Shown here in pieces: positions 1-11,781 of a stretch of DNA of 64,000 nt. This DNA is from Podarcis pityusensis (Eukaryota). The notes under the pieces are model-generated. The model worked only from the letters and a program-made list of their open reading frames with translations, had not been told where the DNA came from and searched no databases. Made by a program: the position numbers and the translations under genes. The DNA is taken from NCBI GenBank assembly GCA_964106645.2, contig OZ067048.1; one strand, given 5' to 3'. Each line of letters starts with the position of its first letter. Within the stretch, counting starts at the first letter, position 1.

Positions 1-1040
1 AAACTTGATGGAAATGTAATTCTGGATGTGGAACATCAAGATGAAGATAAAGCAATTGATGGATGGGATCTAGGCATCTCCATCTCCAAAGGAAGGTCTT
101 TCCCCCATTCATTGAGGGGAGTTTGATCCAGTGGAGACTCCTTCTCTGCTAACTGGTTATTCCCATGTGCAAAAGCCAGAGTAAGTGGTTTTTGGCAACA
201 TCACTCTACACTTCTGGAGGATCTCCCAACCCTCCCAAGAAAGTTTTCAGGTGCTGCAGGGTGAACGAAGAATTGCAGGAAATTGCTCCTGCCCATGGGA
301 GTTTCCAGATACTGTAGTGGATTTATTCCTGAGGCAAGACTGGATCCAAGTCAGTAAATGCAGTGAAGAACTTTCAAGTTCACTGTTTTTCTTTAGGTTC
401 AGGAATTTCTTGAGCTCATTGTAAAGTCCTCAGAACTTGAATGCATTTAAAACAGCTAACAATTAAAGTTATATATACGGTCTGTACATATGAAGACTGT
501 TGTAAAAAGCTGGAAGCCAGACAATTAGCTCTTTGGAGAGAATAGGGGAGCACAGAGTGCTGAATCCTGCCCTTGGTTTTCTCAATCAATAGGATTTCAT
601 CATTCCTGTCTGCAAGCTCCATATGCATAGCCCAAGCAGTGGAATCAGGCTCAAAGCACACTTTCTGTTTACAATTCCTTATTTGACTGGGGATTTGTGC
701 ATTTATTTGGTTGGTTTTTTAAAAATTTAATATCTTGCCCTTTATCTGAAGAGTGCAGGTTGGGTTACAATAACAAATGCACTGAAAATAAAATAGCAAC
801 ACTTTTAAAGTAAAAACAATCTTTCAGTCCCTGTAGCCAGTCTGCAAACATCCTTCTAGATACTTTATGGAAACACAGGTCTTCTGCTGGCACCCAGAGC
901 TGAAAAAAGGTTAGCACTATGTGGAGCTCACAGGCACCTTACTGGAGCTGGTGAACTTTGGGCTGTGGGGACAGAAAGGAAGATCAGAAAATATCCTGAT
1001 TTATCTGACCCTTAACTATTGCTTGTGCTTTCCCCACCAG

Positions 1041-1178
1041 GTCTTGCCTTTACTGCAGTAATATTTGTCATTCAGTCCCTGTTACAGAAACCACAGATGA
1101 GGCAAGAATGTTTCACAAAACACTGTTAATGTTTCTTATGAATATGTTCCAAGATGAAGTAATAGCATTAACAAGAAG
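1041..1178 (+). CDS. SLF1: SLF1 (ANKRD32) internal coding exon, SCLYCSNICHSVPVTETTDEARMFHKTLLMFLMNMFQDEVIALTR
   Basis: ccccaccag| acceptor and |gtgtgt donor; 138 nt open; phase matches the next exon; peptide resembles human SLF1 'SCLFNE...LHLTLLKFFFNLIESEV' (recalled). Confidence 0.85.
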
Positions 1179-1990
1179 GTGTGTTTCAATGAATGTTTTT
1201 ACCTTTTTAATTTCTAACCCATTTTTGTATCTTACCATCAAGTTGTGCCCAAAGTACATTGTACTACCCACTTGATTACTTTTCCTGTACTTTTATGTCA
1301 GTTTTTAAGAAAGCTATTCTGATTCTAGGTAAATGGCCAGATATGTTTCTAAACTTTTTTCAAAAATTACTTTTACACATTAGTTCTTTAATTTACACAC
1401 ACACACATGTGCTTAAGTGTGTAAGTGTTTAACATTGCAGTTCTGTGATTTTTCTTAGTCTAGGCTTAGATTAAAAGCCTTTTTTCATAATGTGCACATA
1501 ATACTTAGATTTTACTGGAGACAATTCTGGAAATTACACTGTAACAGCAAAAAGCCTTAGGCTTGTAACCTCTTCCTTTATGTGGTGGTATGTTTCTTTG
1601 TTCTTAAAGTGCAAAAATTCAAATTTTTAAAATTAACATTACTATGGGCTGTATCCAAGATTAGCCATACTCAGAGTAAACCTATTGAAATTACGGGCAC
1701 AACTAACTTCAGGCTATGAATTTCAGTGGGTCTTCTCTGAGCAGAACCTAGGTAGATACAAATCTATCCACTGTCCCCCCCCCCCCTAAGTTTGGGGGGG
1801 TTTGTTATACTTCATTATGCCTGAATATCACTCTGGATTGTAGCTAGAGATATCATTTCTATCAAAGTTTGAATTCCGTTGTAATTTAAAACGTGCTAAA
1901 TTGCAGATTTTAACAGAAGATATACTGTGTGTTATGTAATCATTGTAACGAAACAGAAAAACAGATTTAGGAATTATTTTTCTTTTACAG

Positions 1991-2150
1991 TTTGTGTGAA
2001 GAAGATTCACAGCAAGCACAAGTGATGCCACAAACTGTTCTTCTGGAAACATTCTGGTTAGGAAGTGAATCGGTGCTTTTCACAAAACGTATAAATATTC
2101 TAGTAGACTGGGTCATAAATTCCTATAGAGAGAAGTACAAGACAGATGAT
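1991..2150 (+). CDS. SLF1: SLF1 coding exon, LCEEDSQQAQVMPQTVLLETFWLGSESVLFTKRINILVDWVINSYREKYKTDD
   Basis: tcttttacag| ... |gtgagt; 160 nt; resembles human 'MLLEIFWSGSET...NMLLEWTIYSHKEKFKSND'. Confidence 0.93.
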
Positions 2151-3721
2151 GTGAGTGATTTATCAACTATGAAGAGTAAAGAAAGCCCAATAACGCCTTT
2201 TGTGTTTTGCTGCTTTCTCCCAGGACTCTTAATATTGTTCCATGACTGTATATGTTCCCTACTCCCTAGAACAAGACTTTTGCGTTGTTGTTCCCCAGAT
2301 GGCCTTAATCATGGTTAAAGGCTATTGTCTATTGATTTCAGTGGGTCTTCTCTGAGCATGACTTAGCTGAGTATCTCCTTTATGTGGCACTGCCACTTAA
2401 CTGATTAGTAATGTCATCTTAAGTATGTTTTGAAACCATGGGTTGACGTTTGTTTAAAATACTATTGAAAATGGATCCTTGGAACTGTGAATTTCTTCTG
2501 ATGAATGCAAATAAATTCTCTCACAACTGATGTATCTGAGAAGCTGATACCTGAAAATCTTGGTTAACAGCTTATGTCATAAGAGATTTCTGTAATCTCC
2601 AATATGTCCTCAAAGTAACAGACGCTTTACCCTTTGTGTCGGTAAAGATAGATCTAAAAGGGTTCCCCCTGGTTTCAAGTAAAATATGCAAAATGGAGAG
2701 CTTGGTTCCTGGAAAACAGTTGCCTAAGACAAGGTTCAAAATGTCCCGGAGCCATGATTAAGTGAGGCATACGCTATGCTATTTATTTCAACATAGCAAG
2801 ACTTTGTAATCTTTAATTAGAAATAGCTTGATGGGAGCGTACTTAACTGAGCTCCTGTAGCATCAGAGTCAGTGCCCTTCTGACAATTTCTATACAGGGG
2901 AATCCCTGCTGTTGCATGCGTCAGCTCCTTCCAGTCTGTTCTGCCCCCGCCCCCTTTCAGCACCAAAAACGGCATGCGTCTTAGTAGTCGTGTGAGGAGT
3001 TGCCTGTACTCATGAGTCAAACAATTGAAGAGAACCATTTAGTTTTAAATGCAGGAATTAATGATTTGAATCAGTTTCTTATGTTATGGAAGACCTGGTT
3101 AATTGCAAAGGTATTCTAGAAGCTACCATATAATCAACTATACTAGAGCCTCACAAACAAAATGGAGAATGTAAATTCTCCCTATGTATCAGCCTGTAGT
3201 TTTATTTTGGATTAGCATGGCGAAACAATATATTAATTGGAATATACATAAGCAGGGTTAAATATTTGGCCTTCATTTTAGCTCCTCTAGGGGAGTAGTC
3301 TGTCCTCGAAATATTTTAGCAGGGGGCATTTGAATTCAAGAGTGAGTTGCTTGGTCCAATCCTGGCGTTGAAGTTAGCAGCACATGGTAGCAGGGCCTCA
3401 GCATGTTTAATAGAGCAGTTATCTGTTCCATCCAAGCACCTAAAATTTGTGCTTCTTGAATGTTAGTGGATAAAGATTGGTGATCAATAAGATTAAATAT
3501 TTCAGCTCCCAATCACATGAACAAACAAGTCATAATCTTCTGGCAATATTGTGGTATAGTTAAGGAAACTGTAGTAAGACCTGGTAAATTTCTTGGAGTT
3601 ACGATGCTCATAGGGTAGACTACTTGCGTGAGCAGTTTAAAATGGATGAAACAGACTTTAATTTCTACGTTAAGAAAAAATATAGTAATAGAGAGATTTT
3701 AAAGGCGATCTTCTCTTCTAG

Positions 3722-3869
3722 ATCATCAAGCATGAAGTAGCTGACCTGTTGAATAGAATTTTGGGAGTTGTGGTCGAATACTGGATTCTTTCAGGGTTCT
3801 TAATAGACAAAAATATGTTACATCCTGTAGCTGCGGATCTTGCATCTTATATTGCCATTTCATGTAATG
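3722..3869 (+). CDS. SLF1: SLF1 coding exon, IIKHEVADLLNRILGVVVEYWILSGFLIDKNMLHPVAADLASYIAISCN
   Basis: ttctcttctag| ... |gtaag; 148 nt; resembles human 'VFKHELAYLLAGILGAAIDYWIF...DDLGSYVSLSCD'. Confidence 0.93.
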
Positions 3870-5117
3870 GTAAGATTGTAATATATTTTGTCATACACAT
3901 GCATAGTGAAGAAACTCTTCAGTTCTCTGTATCTAAACCAGAAGACTGTAGTTGGAATATTTGGCTGCTTATTTTATCACTTATTCCAACTCAGTGTGTG
4001 AAGCCTTCCTCATCTGTGACACCTGAATTTATCCTTGTCCCGTCTTCATTATCTCTCTCTCTCTCTTGGTGTTCTTCCCATATCAGAATACTTTAGCTGG
4101 CATTTTTAACTACCAGCTTATACTTCCCTTGCCGCCTCTTCTTTTTTTTTTTTAATAGGCCACTGGTTCTGGTTCTGCACTGTAATCTTACAGCACTACT
4201 TATGCATAGAAAGTGTAATTATTATTAATGTTTGCTAGATAATAAATAATAATGTTGATGGTAATAATAATGATTAGGATGTTTCCATAAATAAATCAAG
4301 CACCTCATGTTTGTAAATCATAAGCAATTGGTGGAAGAGGACGCGAGAGTGCCCAGAGCTATACAGGCAATCTTCCATATATTCCATTGTCATTTTGCAA
4401 ATGGGGACACAAAATTGTACATTCACTATCTGCATTGCCAAGAGTAGTAGTGTAGGGAGTTACTGTAAACAACTAATTATATATTTCACCTAAACAGATT
4501 ACATAATTCATATTAGAGCCTGATTGCTAAAATGTAAAGTTTGGGTATCCACAAGCATGCTGGCAGTATAAAATCTCTGTCCTAGTACAGATTTTAAAGT
4601 TTCTTGTATTGTAACTTTCATGAACAAAAATCTCCCCATTAAAAAAAAACCCAAATCCATGCAAGCATGGATTTTACATACTGTTTTAAAATGGCATTTA
4701 CCAAATATTTTAAGTACTTCAGCTTTGCAAACCTGTTCCTCTTAGCTACTGCATAATGTGTTTTCTTCAATTTGATATCTGGAGTACTATGTCCAGTTCT
4801 CTGCTGCCACAGGTGGGAAGACTAGGTTCCCTGGGTTCAATTTACAGGAGCGTAGATTTCAATTGAACATTAGGATAAGCTTGACACTAAGAATAGTCTG
4901 ACAGAAGAACCAAAAGAAGTAGCTCTGCCTCTCCAGAAGCTGGGCAGTTATCTGCTGGGAGTGCTGCATCTTTCTGTTTCTAGAATTGGGCAAGCAATTC
5001 TACAGCTAGTTTAGTAATTCTAACAATTTAGGAATAGCAATTAAAGGACAGAAATGCAGCAATAATATTCTCTGTATTGTCTCCCTAACACTTTCTTACT
5101 GTCTCCCTTTTCTTCAG

Positions 5118-5263
5118 ATTTTTCACCACAGGAATTAAAAACATTCATTTCTTCCATAACATCTCTGTGGCTTGAAATGTTTGTTGCAGAAGCAGTTTTT
5201 AAAAACTTGCCATTCCAAACCAACGCTGTTGTTTCTACTGAATTGCTGTCTCTCCAAAAAATG
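5118..5263 (+). CDS. SLF1: SLF1 coding exon, DFSPQELKTFISSITSLWLEMFVAEAVFKNLPFQTNAVVSTELLSLQKM
   Basis: cttttcttcag| ... |gtaagt; 146 nt; 'WLxMFVAEAVFK' and 'LSLQKM' match SLF1; absent from the ORF track. Confidence 0.95.
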
Positions 5264-6271
5264 GTAAGTGTCATTTGTACTAAGTAATATCTTTCTTAAT
5301 GCAAAAACATTCTGGCCTAGATCAAATGCAGTGATCTTGGTCCAATAAACCATTCATTTTTGCACCAGGAATTAACTATGTGCCGGCATGCTTCATCCTC
5401 CTCTCTGACCTTCTTTCCTCCATCCCTCCCCCTCATACACATTAACTCAAGACTTACTGGTTTGTTAAACCAATTTTCTTGTGGCAACTGAACTGGGAAA
5501 CTGATGTTTGAGCTATTCCAACCATGATATCAGGTATCAAACCATGATAGCAACTAGACAGCTGATATTCTTCTGGGATTGGGGGAGGGTTCTAAAGGAC
5601 TCTTTAGAAACAACTTCGCAAGTTTTCCTTCTGGCTCCTCTGTTCTTCAATGTCAGGATACCCCTAACTGTCTTGCTTCAACCTCTCTTCCTGCCCCCCT
5701 AATTTTATACATATCTATATTTCATCTGTTCCTCTTGGGAATTTTTGCTTCTTTCCAATCAACAGAGATTGGGTACTGTACTAGTGTTGCAGGACTTAAT
5801 GGTAAACATTACAAACTAGACTTCCACTGGTGCAACATTGGATCCAGCCCAGTGCATCTTACTCTCATTCCCCATGGCAAATTGCCTTCTGCTGTAGTGC
5901 AGCATATTTCCCCCGATTCCAACACATGGATGCTACTTTCGAGCATGTACTTGAACCCTAAAGCGCAGTAGCCCACAATACAGCAAACCACTCAAAAGCC
6001 AAAATATGTGTGAGAAGAGCAAGTCAAGTTCCCAGCAGCACCCCAACAACATAACCTGCATAGGGGTGTGAGAAACTAGATGGGTCCTTAAGAGTTTCAC
6101 ACCATAAGCCTCACTTTAAAAGGCTTTTGTGAAGTCTAGGTATGATAATCTGGAAGATAAGCTTTAAATGCAATAAAGATCTGGAGGGAACTGTTAGCGT
6201 TGCTAATTACCAGATGTGTGTTAATGTGTCATATTTAACATAGCTGGACTAAAGTTTGACTCTTGCAACAG

Positions 6272-6435
6272 GTTTGTTCCTATCTGCCTGCTTTACAAGT
6301 TGGGTTGTGTGAGCCAAGGATACACAAAGCAAAGAAAAGGAAAATAGGGCAATGGCCTTGCCCTAAGTCTCAAAGGGCATTACTGATGCTAAATGGTGAT
6401 AAGCAGAACCAAGCCGAAGTGCTGCCTGATGTACC
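6272..6435 (+). CDS. SLF1: SLF1 coding exon, VCSYLPALQVGLCEPRIHKAKKRKIGQWPCPKSQRALLMLNGDKQNQAEVLPDVP
   Basis: gcaacag| ... |gtaagt; 164 nt; 'SYLPAL' and 'KIGQxPCxxSQRxLLMLNG' match SLF1; contains a basic cluster KAKKRK. Confidence 0.94.
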
Positions 6436-6949
6436 GTAAGTAATACCTATAACATCACCGGTTTTATTCTGCTTTGGGGGACAGCTTCTGACCTGACACA
6501 TTTCTTGAACTTTATGTGACCTGTGTTGTTGTCTGCAAATTACTGTGACTGGCAGAAAGCTCGGTTTTAATCCTGTAACACATCTGGGAATGGTGAGGGT
6601 TTTTTTCCCCTTTTCCCTTTCCCTGCATATATGTAGACTTCACAGACTATACATACTTTCCCACTATTAATGTAAATTGCTTCCCAGGAGAAATAGAAGT
6701 ATTCAAGAAATAATGTTTTTAGAGTGAGCTTAAGCCCTGTATATTGAATGATTGGTGGGTTTATTACAAGCACATACTGTATGGAATGTTTCAAAACTAC
6801 AGTGACTTAAATTTCAAAATATGAAAGCATGTAGATGTATCTGTCTGCTAGAACACTTGTTACTTCTGAACAAGTGGGGTGTTGTTGGTTTTTTTAAATG
6901 TAAATAAAGTTCAGTCTTTTAACGTACTTTTACCACTTCTTGCTTTTAG

Positions 6950-7083
6950 TATACAAGGCACTGATAACTCTGCTTGTGTTCAGAAGAAATTGGGAAACAA
7001 AGCTGAGGTTGAGATGATGCGCAGCAAAGATAATCATCATTTTTCAGGGAAGCAGGGGACTGTTAACAAGGTTAACGTTAAAG
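6950..7083 (+). CDS. SLF1: SLF1 coding exon, linker into the ankyrin domain, IQGTDNSACVQKKLGNKAEVEMMRSKDNHHFSGKQGTVNKVNVK
   Basis: tgcttttag| ... |gtactg; 134 nt; phases join both neighbours; gives NVK-GETALH across the junction. Confidence 0.9.
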
Positions 7084-8331
7084 GTACTGTGATTTCCTAA
7101 CTTATGCTTAGTACTTCACAAGTTTGCAATCCATAGTTCCACATCTGGCCCCAGTGAAGATGGAGTGGTATCTCATTATTGCCATAAGTCAAACATGGCT
7201 TTCTTGTGCTATTTTTTTAAATGCCCTTTTTTAAAGTTGGGGATATGACTGTCTGCTTTTTTTAATCAGTCAAACACACGCTCACACCATTTTCTCTTGA
7301 GTTGTAAATTGAGAATGCATCCTAAAATGAGTCCATTCCAGTCATAGCCTTATTTCACTAATCCACCTCAACCTGTGCTTGGAAGAATCAGCATTGTCCT
7401 CTGATTTGAAAGTCTAATTCAGTCTTCATCTCTTTCCGTCCTAGACGTTTTGCAAACAAAGACCGAAGTGTATGCTGAATTACATAGCCCCATTAAGCAT
7501 ATGGACTGTTTTCTTCTAGGCATCGAGCCCAAGCTATGAAATGCATTTGGATTTTAGTTTTAACTACACTAGAACCCAAGCACTTGAGTTTTAAATAGCA
7601 CAGTACAGTAGTTTACACAGGCTCTGTTCAATATACAAATGTAATAAAATGTACTTATATGCTTGTACCTGTCTTAAATCAATTTCTGGAACTATTTTTA
7701 ATATGAATTTAACCTAGACATATATAATTATTGCCATTCAAAGCGCTCTGAAGTATAACGGTAATGGATATCAGAAGGGATATTTTAGAACTATATGCTA
7801 AGCTATTGGTAGAGCCAAAAACAGCAGAACCCTCATTTTGCTTGGATTTAAATTTTATGCCCACCCTATGCCAAAGTCTCTATATCAGCAAATGCACTGA
7901 TAAAAAAATCATCTGATTTCCCCCCTACTGGTGTGCTATTGGAGAGGTAATACAAACTGATATATAATTACTCTTAAAAGAAGTGGCTAAAATATGATAC
8001 ATTGGGAAAGATAGACTTGATTGTTGCCCACAACGAACAACCAGACACTCTGCATAAGAATAATATCCTGTTGCATATAAATAAGGAAATTTACTGACCC
8101 AGTCCCAATGAGCAAATGTGGGGGTGGGAGGGCAGAATGTTCTCATTTGGGTAAATTTCATCATTCACTTGGAAACGTGTTTTTTGTCAACTCTTGTTCC
8201 GGTATAATCAGTGGACAAAAACGTAAACAAATATCAGAATTTTACAGCCTGCCTTCGTTAATTGAGCCACTACCTGTAAACTGCAGCCAGTCTTCACTGT
8301 CTTCCTTCTCTCTTTTTTTCTAGGTCTAAAT

Positions 8332-8333
<2 letters not shown>

Positions 8334-8375
<42 letters not shown>
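8334..8375 (+). repeat. (TG)20 microsatellite
   Basis: Direct reading. Confidence 0.98.
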
Positions 8376-8376
<1 letters not shown>

Positions 8377-9003
8377 CCCTCTTCTTAAGACTGCTTCATT
8401 CTTCTTAATCTCTCTCCCTCTCCCTCCTCCACCCCCCCCTTTTCTCTCTGGTACTGTAGGCAAGCCAGACAGCCTATTGAGAAACAGCAAACCATCTGTT
8501 AACGGATTTGAAGTTCTGAATTATACTTGAGTGTGTAGAGGCACTCGTGCTTAGCCAGAAACATTCATTTGAATTAAGCTACAAACGCTGTGTAAAAAGA
8601 ACCATACACTTAATGTAGCTTCATGAATAAATTTAAGGGAGGGCAACTGCGCTCTAAACTTTTATTGCTTCAAAACCAAGCATTTTTGGTGTTCTGTGAT
8701 CATTCGGTGCTTTTATAATGTGGTTGAAGCTTTACAGCTTGAACGGGTGGGTGGGGGAGAGGGAGAGATAATTCCTGTGTTAACCCTTTAGCAGTGCAGT
8801 TCCATTGCTGGATCTCTGATGGAACAGAAGCTCTGTGGGCTTTTTGAGTTTTCTTAAAAGGTATTTAAACAGGACAAAGGGAAATCTTATTCATTACTGA
8901 GTGCTCTGGCGTGTAGCCAGATCTCCTAGTTCCTGCGCTTTGATTATTTTCTTCAGTTGCCATTTTGCCTAGACTGGTATAATCTATTAATTCTGTTTGC
9001 TAG

Positions 9004-9096
9004 GAGAGACTGCCCTGCATACTGCTTGCAAAAGGAACAATGTGGAGAGATTGATTCATCTTCTCTCTCTTCCAGGAATAGATATTAACGTTAAAG
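9004..9096 (+). CDS. SLF1: SLF1 ankyrin-repeat exon, GETALHTACKRNNVERLIHLLSLPGIDINVK
   Basis: tttgctag| ... |gtaagt; 93 nt; ankyrin GETALH motif; LLSLPGIDINVKD as in SLF1. Confidence 0.97.
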
Positions 9097-9699
9097 GTAA
9101 GTAGTTTTATTTTCTTCCCTGAACAAACACATTAAGCCTCCCAAATAGCTGTGATACTTGTGTGTTCGCAGAGTTCTTTTCATTCCTTGTGTTCCTGCTT
9201 CGGGATTATGAATTAAAGCAAAGATTTTATGGGTAGTTTTGTGGCTAAAGCTTATTGATTGCACTTAATTGTCTGCATGGTTTTTCTATTAAAGCACAGT
9301 CGTGGTTCAAAATAATTCATTTCTGGCCTTTTTATAGATAGAAGGATAAAAGCTGTGAATGGCTTTATAGTCAAGATTTTTATGTGAAATTCTGGTCCGA
9401 ACAGACCCGGGCCAGTGTGTGGTTTTGACTGCAGATGCCTTGTTCTTACTTTAGCAATAACAAATATGATGCTTTGCAGAAAGAAAGAAACAGCTTCATT
9501 GTAGAGTGACACTGAAGTAGATCTTAGCCTCATTTCATTTTAACAGTATAATACAGAATTAGCATATTGATTTCTCAAAATATTCGTCATAACACTAGTT
9601 AGAAGGGGGAAAGGGTAAACGGAATTTGAACGACAATATTATGAACATCCTGCTACTAATTTTACTGTTTTCTCAAACTTCCCTTGATTTGTAATTCAG

Positions 9700-9882
9700 A
9701 CTATGCTGGCTGGACGCCTTTGCATGAAGCTTGTAACCATGGAAACACTCTGTGTGTCCGTGAAATTTTGCAACATTGTCCAGAGGTAAACCTGTTCAGC
9801 CAAGTGGATGGGGTGACTCCCTTGCATGATGCCCTGGGAAATGGACATGTAGAAATTGCCAAGCTTCTACTTCAGCACGGGG
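9700..9882 (+). CDS. SLF1: SLF1 ankyrin-repeat exon, DYAGWTPLHEACNHGNTLCVREILQHCPEVNLFSQVDGVTPLHDALGNGHVEIAKLLLQHG
   Basis: aattcag| ... |gtgagt; 183 nt; two TPLH ankyrin motifs; the GWTPLHEAC signature is shared by the SLF1/BARD1/TONSL H4K20me0-reading ankyrin domains. Confidence 0.97.
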
Positions 9883-11394
9883 GTGAGTGTGTTTGTGTTA
9901 AATAAGCTTAGAGAAATTTGAATCTGTAAAAACTGCAGCGTATTAAAATTTGAGGGTGTTCTTGATGTGATTTTTGAAAGCTAGAGGTTTTCATAAATAT
10001 TGATGTGCATCATGCCATATTTATACTCATTCATCTTGTCAGTTAAATTATTTCAGTAAGCCCATAACTTTGGCTGCTTTCTCACATTTGCTGAATTGCA
10101 GATTTTTTGTAAAAGCTGTATGAACAAGCAGTGATGTGGATTGCATGCCTACCAGGCATTTTTCACAAAATCTGGATTTTAAATTAATTTTTACAATGTA
10201 CTGCAGAAACGGTTAGCTTAACTGCTTTGTGCTGCTTAATTTCATTGTGTTTCTGCTTATATTTATGGTTATCCAAACATTTAGGCTGATAATTCTGCTT
10301 CTGAAAAGTCTAGGCTTTTAAAAATTGGAGGGGAAAGGGTTAGAAATAGCTTACTTTAGAATTTTGCATTTTTTTAAAAAAAAAACCCACTTAAAGCAGT
10401 TCAAAAATTTCAACATTTTGTGTTTACCCTCCATGAGAAGTCTTCCCCTCACAAAGTACTCATCTTCAAAGGAGAGAAAGCATATATATTTTAGAGCATT
10501 TGTGTGTGCCATATATAAATACAGAGTTTATGTAGCTCATACCACTACTCTGCATGTCAGTTTAATTTCACGTATTTCATGTTTTCAGATTTGTTATGGC
10601 TATACTAATTCTGCTGTGTGGAGTGCAAAATAATGTTCTGTACTTAGATAGCTTTTAGCTAAAGTCAGCCTGAAACAGAAGCATTACACTGGTTGGTCTG
10701 TTTTATAAGACCTCTGTGCATTTGCAGTCTTCTCCTGCCCCCTAAAGGCTATTTTCTTTGTCTCTGGCTGACATTCTTTCACAATCAATACATCCCTTGC
10801 TCTTCTCCCTCTGTGTGCTTGTGCTGAACCTTAATGCTGTCTCCCAGGTGTTTTATTTATCTACTGCACCATGCGACTGACACGCCAAGCCAATACCTGG
10901 CCTCACTTCAATCGGTCTAAGTGATGCAAGAGCCAATATTACCGAAAGCCCAAGTCTTCAATAGAACGTGGCATTACACTGACAGATGTGCATTTTTCCT
11001 GGGTGTCTGTGAAGAATGGGCAGTGGATGATCCCCTTGTCCTAGGGGAGAAGATCTGCTTGCACTTTCATTCATCAAGGTCCTCTTGCAACGGTGCAGAT
11101 GGTGTGTGCAGAGTTATCTTGGCTGTCACATGCCAGACCTTCGCCTATCAAGCAGTTTGACAGAAGCATGGCAGGAACTGTGCTGCACATTCAGTATACA
11201 ATTGCTCATTGTTGGTAACTAAACTTTATAGAGCCCTTTGGCACGTCCCTCACCCATAAGCCATCCTTTTTAGTTTTGGGTTTTTTTTTAATCTACACTA
11301 TGATGCAATATCTACATTTGAAAATTAAAATATTGCTCTTGTATGCATGGCCCTGTCTCTGTAGGCACACAACCTGTTAATTTTTTTGATGTGT

Positions 11395-11560
11395 TATACC
11401 ATCTTTTTCTTAAAGAGCTCAAGCGGGGCATCCATGTTTCTCCTCTTTTATTTTCCCCACAGTCCTTTGAGGTAGGGTAGGCTGGGAAATAGTGACTGGC
11501 CCACATCTCCTAATGAGCACTAAGGCTGAGTGGGAATCTGAATCCAGGTGTTCCTGGATT
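11395..11560 (-). mobile_element. MIR/CORE-like squamate SINE remnant
   Basis: tgaggtagggtaggctgggaaatagtgactggccca...ggctgagtgggaatctgaatccagg. Confidence 0.65.
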
Positions 11561-11623
11561 CACCCTCCCATCAGATGTCAAGGAGATAAGTAACTATGCA
11601 ACCTTTAGAAAACACCGGAAGGC

Positions 11624-11740
11624 AGCCCTATATAGGGAAGTTTTTAATGTTTAATATTTTATTATGGTTTTTGTATATGCTGGCAGCTGCCCAGAGTGGC
11701 TGGGGCAACCCAGTCAGATTGGTGCGGTACAAATAATAGC

Positions 11741-11779
<39 letters not shown>
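11624..11779 (+). mobile_element. LINE 3' end (probably L2 clade) with a (TAT)n tail
   Basis: gcccagagtggctggggcaacccagtcagat...aaataat followed by about 12 TAT units (11743-11779); clade assignment is from recall only. Confidence 0.55.

Positions 11780-11781
<2 letters not shown>

Noticed and set aside
10848-10925. Alternative SLF1 terminal exon (ctcccag|...GVLFIYCTMRLTRQANTWPHFNRSK*)
   Set aside because: Only an acceptor-like site; the peptide is unrecognisable and there is no other support
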